Shown here: piece by piece, positions 59,070 through 64,000 of the stretch
Position numbering within the stretch: the first letter of the stretch is position 1
Layout: each line of letters opens with the position of its first letter
Assembly (NCBI GenBank): GCA_965223265.1
Contig: OZ244999.1
Span: 4,704,001-4,768,000 of the forward strand
Direction of reading: 5' to 3'
DNA length: 64,000 nucleotides
From: Planctomycetota bacterium
Lineage (GTDB): Bacteria; Planctomycetota; UBA8108; SXIK01
Translations under genes and position numbers: made by a program
The notes under the pieces: generated by a model
What the model saw: the letters and a program-made list of their open reading frames with translations, nothing else
The model's database searches: none
Told to the model about the DNA's origin: nothing

Positions 59070-59390
59070 ATGACCGCGACAATCAAGAATGCTGACTTTG
59101 ATCAAACGGTGCTCGAGTCGAGCGTTCCGACACTCGTCGACTTTTGGGCCCCTTGGTGTCCGCCGTGCATCCAGCTCCACCCTACGATTGAGCAGATCGA
59201 CGAGGCAGCGGACGGCCGCTACAACGTAGTCAAAGTCAATGTTGATGAGGAACCAGAGCTCGCTGAGCGCTACGGAATCCAGTCACTGCCCACGCTCGTC
59301 GTGTTTGACGACGGCGAACCGGTCTCGAGGCTTGTAGGGCTCCAGCCCAAACAGACAATCGTAGATCTCCTCGAACGAGTCGAACGTTGA
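59070..59390 (+). CDS. trxA: Thioredoxin (WCPPC)
   Basis: LVDFWAPWCPPC, KVNVDE, YGIQSLPT. Confidence 0.88.
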   Translation: MTATIKNADFDQTVLESSVPTLVDFWAPWCPPCIQLHPTIEQIDEAADGRYNVVKVNVDEEPELAERYGIQSLPTLVVFDDGEPVSRLVGLQPKQTIVDLLERVER

Positions 59391-59586
59391 TTCGGTCTGA
59401 GGCGCAAGCCTTTCCTTTCGAGTTGATCACGGTTCATTGCGATTTCCGAAAGTGCTAAGTCCCACAGTATCTGGCGCGGAAATCCCAGATTAAATGGCAT
59501 GGTGCTGATTCGCGGGTGCGAGATGCGATTTGCGAGGCGAGAAGGCGCGGGTCGTCGTGTCCCGGACGGCACGACGACCCGGGGAA

Positions 59587-59904
59587 TCACGAAGGGCGAG
59601 GCGTGGCGCGAGCGTCACCGCGACGATCGCGGAGCTCGGCGAGGAACTCGACGGCGTCGACGAAATTCAGCCGCTTGACGATCATGACCAGGTCGATCGG
59701 GTTGAAGTTCGTCTCGCAGCGAAAGCAACGCGCGAGGTTGGTGGACGCCTTCGTCGCGGTGTTGAATTCGCGACACCGCGGACAGAGGAAGCGCACGTAG
59801 CCCTCGGAGATTTTCGCGGGGACGCCGAGCAGATCGAGGAGCCACGCGATCGGTATATCGTTTCTCAACGACCGCAGGAGCTTGCCGGAGAATCGTCCTG
59901 TCAT
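59587..59904 (-). CDS. Stand-alone primase-type (CHC2-like) zinc-finger protein
   Basis: FLCPRC...NLARCFRCETNFNPIDLVM...LNFVDAVEFL. Confidence 0.8.
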   Translation of the reverse strand: MTGRFSGKLLRSLRNDIPIAWLLDLLGVPAKISEGYVRFLCPRCREFNTATKASTNLARCFRCETNFNPIDLVMIVKRLNFVDAVEFLAELRDRRGDARATPRPS

Positions 59905-60194
59905 GCGACGCCACCTCCACCGCTCGGCGCCTTCAAATATCGGATTCGTTGCAGGCTCTCGAGATACTCTTCGAGGACGATCTGGAGCGCTCGCAGCTGA
60001 GCGCCCAAGGCGGCGAGATAGGCGTCTTGCTCGGTGTAGGAGGAGCGTTGCGTGTAGTCGAAGTCGAGATCGGGGTACGCGGCGTTCAGAGCGAACAGGG
60101 CGATCTCGAGGTTCGTCGCGAGGGTCATCAAAACGGCGAGCTCAGGATACTCGGCGAAGTCGTTGACTCGAGGCATCAGGGTCTTGTGGAACAT
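59901..60194 (-). CDS. Small helical hypothetical protein (transposon gene 4)
   Basis: GGAG RBS; ATGA coupling to the zinc-finger gene. Confidence 0.7.
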   Translation of the reverse strand: MFHKTLMPRVNDFAEYPELAVLMTLATNLEIALFALNAAYPDLDFDYTQRSSYTEQDAYLAALGAQLRALQIVLEEYLESLQRIRYLKAPSGGGGVA

Positions 60195-60213
60195 GGCGCG
60201 TCAGTCTCCGTTC

Positions 60214-61005
60214 TCAGGGCAGATGGAACTCGGGGGCGGTGTCGTTGACGAGCGCCTCGGAGATCTTCTGGACGTTCTTGCTCGCGGCCTGAATGAGGCA
60301 GGCGGTGGCGATGTTGTTGATGCGCCGCGGCACGCCGCTTGAGTAGTCGTGGATGAGCGACTTCGCTTCAGGCTCGAAGACTTTCTGCGAGGCGCCGGCT
60401 GCGCGCATCTGAAAGTCGATGTACTCGACCGTCTGCTCCTTGCTGAGCGGCGGCACGTGGTAGCGCACGCTGAGCCGATGCGTGAGATCGGCGTGGCGCG
60501 CTCGGGTAAGCTCCTTTCTCAGGGTCTCTTGTCCGCTGAGGAGGATCTTCAATGGCGGGCCGTCCTCGAGTCCGGAGCTGACCAGAAGTCTCAGATCGGT
60601 GAGCGACTCCGAAGGAAGCAGGTGCGCTTCATCGATGACGAGGATTGTCGTGTGCTCGTTCGCCCCGACGCGATCCAGGATCTGGAGGAAGAGCCGCTCC
60701 TTGCCACGGCGGGGCTGCTCGCCGAGGCTGGAAACCAGGAGCTTCAGAATGCCGTTTGCCCCGACGTAGGTCAGCGAGAGATAGATCGGGTCGTAGAGGT
60801 TGCGGCTCAGCGAGCGCACGAAGAGCTTCACCAGAGACGACTTCCCCACCCCGGTGAGTCCGGTCACCAGGCCGATCGAGCCCGACTTGGCGAGGTACTC
60901 CAGTCGAGCGAGTCCCTGGGTGATGCGCTCGTCGGAAAGAATCTGCTCGACGGGCGCGCGCTCGAGAAAGGGCTGCGTCGTCATCTTGAAATGGGTGGTG
61001 AACAT
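60214..61005 (-). CDS. ExeA-like AAA+ ATPase (transposition helper)
   Basis: TGATG coupling; MFTTHFKMTTQPF; Walker A GLTGVGKS; Walker B LVIDEAH; SGVPRRIN. Confidence 0.9.
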   Translation of the reverse strand: MFTTHFKMTTQPFLERAPVEQILSDERITQGLARLEYLAKSGSIGLVTGLTGVGKSSLVKLFVRSLSRNLYDPIYLSLTYVGANGILKLLVSSLGEQPRRGKERLFLQILDRVGANEHTTILVIDEAHLLPSESLTDLRLLVSSGLEDGPPLKILLSGQETLRKELTRARHADLTHRLSVRYHVPPLSKEQTVEYIDFQMRAAGASQKVFEPEAKSLIHDYSSGVPRRINNIATACLIQAASKNVQKISEALVNDTAPEFHLP

Positions 61006-62567
61006 CAGTCCTCCTTTCTGCCTGCGAGTCGTTGAAGCTCGTAGGCGATGTAGGGAATGGATTTCTCCGGAGCCTTCTCGAAGGCCCTCAGCAAGAGGAC
61101 TTCGGTGAGGCTGGGAGTACGGTTGTAGAACTTCTTGAGTTCCTCGAGCTCCTCGGCGGTGAAGCTCGAGAGGGCGCCCTTGCGCCCCATGAGCCGGCCG
61201 AGAAGGCATGCGAAGTCGGTGAAGGGCCACTGGCGAGAGGCGATGACACGACGGTAGTCGATCCCCTGGGCGCGCTTCTTGAGCTCCTCGTCGTGCTCAC
61301 GGCGAAGAAGCTCCAGATAGTTGTGCTTCGCTTTGGCGGGAGGGGCGGGAGCACCGGCGTCCTCGCCCTCTTCGCGCTCGTGAAGGACGCCCTTTCCGAG
61401 GTACTCTTCGTTGCTGGAGTAGATGAGAACCGTGTCGGGCGCGGAGAAGGGATCGTAGCGGACTTCGACCTTGTCACCGCGCAGACTCTTGTCGACGCGA
61501 TAGAAGCGGCGATCGAGCTGGACGTCGGAGAAGTCCGGGTGAACGCGCCGCGTCTCGCGGCACATGAAGAACTCGGTGACGCGCTGAATGTCGACGTGTC
61601 GGATAGGCCGTTTGAGGCCGGCCTCGGCTCGTGCCTCGGGTGTTTCGCCGGTCTCGGTGTTGACCTGGCGGTGGTAGGCCACGGTCTTCCAGGAATCGAA
61701 GCTTCCGTTGAGCGAGTCGAGAGTGAGGATCTCGCCGGCTCTGACCTCGGCCTCGAACTGGCCCTGTATCGTCTCGATGAGTCGTTCGACGAGACCACCC
61801 GGTGGCGGATCGCCCTTGCCGCGATGGATGAGCCGGGTGACAACGGCAAGGCATGCCGCCTTGAGCGCTTTGGAGATATAGACCTTCGCCTGATCGACAT
61901 AGAGCTCGTCCGAAGCACCGTGCTTGGCCCACGCCCGCAGCAAGCAGTCGATCAAGACCTCGAGATTTTGCCGAAGGTAGTAGCGCCCCTCGACGAGCGA
62001 GCGGCTGTAGCAGTCGATGAGAACACAGAGGAAGGTGGGGACGACTTCGCCGTCGTGCAGCACGTAGGGTCCATCGGCGAAGTCGCCGACCCAGAGGGCA
62101 TGGGTGGAGTCACGAGTCCAGCGTTTCCGGACTTTCCTCCTCTCGACACCGAGCTTCAGCCGCGTCGCGCCGGCGATCTTGAGGTAGCGGAAGAGGGTCG
62201 AACGCGGAATGGTCTTTCCGTGCTGAGCCTGGAGGAACTTGTTGATGGCGAAGTGGGAGCGCAGTGGCTGATCACGCTTCAGCTCGACGGCTTTCTCGAC
62301 GAGCTCTTTGCCGTGGGCACGCGGTTTCCCGCGATCGCTTCGCGGCCTGCGGGCAAGACCCTCGAAGCCCTCCTCGCGATAGATGCGAAGCTTCCGCCTC
62401 AGGGTCGAAAGAGCCGGCTTGCGTCGCGATCCGTCGGGAAAGATGCGCTCTTCTTTGGCGAGCTCGCGGAGAAATCGCGCGGCTTCCTCCTCCGGCACCT
62501 CGCCGATGACGACGGGCTGGAGAAGAGCCGCCCAGAAGATAGCCCAATCGAGATCTTTCGCTTTCAT
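61005..62567 (-). CDS. DDE transposase/integrase (rve core, Mu-like C-terminal domain)
   Basis: GAGGTG RBS; HTH then RSDRG; WVGD, LYVDQ, GLVERL triad; KVEVRYDP. Confidence 0.92.
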   Translation of the reverse strand: MKAKDLDWAIFWAALLQPVVIGEVPEEEAARFLRELAKEERIFPDGSRRKPALSTLRRKLRIYREEGFEGLARRPRSDRGKPRAHGKELVEKAVELKRDQPLRSHFAINKFLQAQHGKTIPRSTLFRYLKIAGATRLKLGVERRKVRKRWTRDSTHALWVGDFADGPYVLHDGEVVPTFLCVLIDCYSRSLVEGRYYLRQNLEVLIDCLLRAWAKHGASDELYVDQAKVYISKALKAACLAVVTRLIHRGKGDPPPGGLVERLIETIQGQFEAEVRAGEILTLDSLNGSFDSWKTVAYHRQVNTETGETPEARAEAGLKRPIRHVDIQRVTEFFMCRETRRVHPDFSDVQLDRRFYRVDKSLRGDKVEVRYDPFSAPDTVLIYSSNEEYLGKGVLHEREEGEDAGAPAPPAKAKHNYLELLRREHDEELKKRAQGIDYRRVIASRQWPFTDFACLLGRLMGRKGALSSFTAEELEELKKFYNRTPSLTEVLLLRAFEKAPEKSIPYIAYELQRLAGRKED

Positions 62568-62607
62568 GATCACACCTCGCATGGGGCGAGCGAGGCGTGA
62601 TTCTCGC

Positions 62608-63276
62608 TCACGCCCAGGCTGCGGAGGTTGCCAAGTCGGGGAAGATCGATCGGCCGAAGAGGGAACGGAACACCTGGTCGATCGAGAGAGCTCGAAGTGC
62701 CGCGACGAGAGTGTCCCGCCGTGATTCGCTTCGGTACTTGGCTGGACGGACGGCGAAGACCTTGCGGAAGATGTCGGACCTCGCCGAGCGCTCTCGGATG
62801 AGGCGGAGAGCCTCCAGGAGCGTGGCGTTGAGAGAGCGAAAGAACGAAAGCCAACGATGAAGTGTTGAGTGCGCGAGGCTGCGCTCGTCGATCGCTCCCC
62901 TGTCGTCACCCTCGTGGAAGACGGGCATGTGTTCGACCTTGACGGCTTCGCGATACGAAAGCTCGTCGATCTGGAGGTAGCGCCGAGCGTGATCGAAAAC
63001 GCAGTCGCGAACGTAGCGTTTCCCCGGCAGCGCGAAGGGCGGGTAGAGCGTGAAGGAGCGCTTACACAGAGGACACTTCCAGCGACTCAGAAGCGACAGG
63101 ACAGGTTCGACCAGACGCCTGACGATAACGAGGAACACGCGCTCTCGGTGACCGCGGTAGCGGAACCGATCTGGCTCCCCGCTGCAATTCGGGCAGCGGT
63201 TACAGGTCGGCTGGATCTCACGGCGGCGAACAGCTTCGCCATAGCTCTGTATCGCGTTGACCAAATGGGGTAGCAT
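62608..63276 (-). CDS. Zinc-ribbon and HTH protein (DUF6431-like; transposon gene 1)
   Basis: CPNC...RWKCPLC..SFT.YP.FALPGKRY; HSTLHRW. Confidence 0.78.
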   Translation of the reverse strand: MLPHLVNAIQSYGEAVRRREIQPTCNRCPNCSGEPDRFRYRGHRERVFLVIVRRLVEPVLSLLSRWKCPLCKRSFTLYPPFALPGKRYVRDCVFDHARRYLQIDELSYREAVKVEHMPVFHEGDDRGAIDERSLAHSTLHRWLSFFRSLNATLLEALRLIRERSARSDIFRKVFAVRPAKYRSESRRDTLVAALRALSIDQVFRSLFGRSIFPDLATSAAWA

Positions 63277-63577
63277 CGCTCTCTCCGTACGGGGACTTGC
63301 GGAGAGAAGTGCACCAACACCGGTCTCTCCGCTCCCCTCTTTACTCGAGGTGAGGCGAGGAGTCGAGCGAAGGTCCAGGGCGCAGCGTCGAACGGGGGGC
63401 GCGGGGTAGGCGGGGTATGATCGGACGGTCGGTTCGGCGGGGTATGCCGGGGCGTTTCCGGGTCAGTGAATCTGAGACTCGTCGCTGCTCACGAGCCAGA
63501 GTTTGTGGGACTCAGCACGAAAGTACTAAAGTCAGTCAGCAGAATCACACCACCGCTTCTCCTGGAGGATACTGATC

Positions 63578-63970
63578 ATGGACCCAAGGTTCATTACCAA
63601 GAAGATGCACGCCTTTCTCGACTACCCGGTGGCCCTCAGTCTCATGGTGCTGCCGTTCGTTCTAGGCCTCGGAACCTCGAGCCCGTCTGCACTGTCGCTC
63701 TCGGTCGTAGCGGGAGTTGCCGCCTTGATCCTAACGCTGCTTACCGATCACGAATTGGGTGCGTTTCGCATTCTGCCGTACCGCGTCCACCTCACAGTAG
63801 ACCTTCTGGTCGGAGTTGTGTTTGTCGCTGCTCCGCTTGCCCTTGGTTTCGAAGGGCTCGACACTTGGTACTACTGGCTAAACGGTGGCGCCGTGCTCGC
63901 CGTCGTCGGGCTGCACCGACCGGATCCGGTGCCGCGTGCCCCAGTTGCGGATGACGCGGCCGCAGCTTGA
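63578..63970 (+). CDS. SPW-repeat-like four-TM membrane protein
   Basis: GGAGG RBS; HAFLDY, LLTDHELG, VHLTVD. Confidence 0.78.
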   Translation: MDPRFITKKMHAFLDYPVALSLMVLPFVLGLGTSSPSALSLSVVAGVAALILTLLTDHELGAFRILPYRVHLTVDLLVGVVFVAAPLALGFEGLDTWYYWLNGGAVLAVVGLHRPDPVPRAPVADDAAAA

Positions 63971-64000
63971 CGTGTCGATCGGCAACTTTCGCCAACAGAT

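Larger units (their letters stand above)
59453..63517 (-). mobile_element. 4,065-bp five-gene transposon (DDE transposase and ExeA-type ATPase) with TG...CA ends and 6-bp TSD
   Basis: Left end TGCTAAGTCCCACAGTATCTGGC; right end (reverse complement) TGCTGAGTCCCACAAACTCTGGC; CGAAAG at 59447-59452 and 63518-63523. Confidence 0.92.

Noticed and set aside
59495-59510. TGGCAT as a second sigma54 promoter
   Set aside because: No TTGC at the -12 position, and it lies within the transposon end repeat.
61032-62600. 522-aa plus-strand ORF inside the transposon
   Set aside because: Antisense shadow of the transposase.

Overview
GC-rich bacterial window, most likely from a Planctomycetota genome (inferred from a DUF1501 protein, a YdjY protein, CotH/lamin-tail proteins and four secreted proteins with an FxRGDxNxD dockerin-like domain). 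It holds tRNA-Pro(CGG), tRNA-Val(TAC), many secreted repeat proteins, a cluster of prenyltransferase-fold genes, an ABC-2 exporter and a decayed patch at 40.5-47 kb. A giant kinase/AAA/GAF/sigma54 activator sits next to a redox-stress-type operon. The strongest second-look signals are: (1) an intact-looking 4,065-bp five-gene DDE/ExeA transposon with TG...CA ends, subterminal repeats and a 6-bp target duplication; (2) an in-frame UGA followed by a SECIS-like hairpin, suggesting an unannotated exported selenoprotein; (3) a secreted protein built from 11 CX3CX10CX9CX10CX3C repeats; (4) four copies of a ~180-bp foldback MITE, one of which breaks an AhpD/CMD gene; (5) an unassigned structured RNA at 1450-1557. 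All family calls come from motif recognition by eye; no database search was run.
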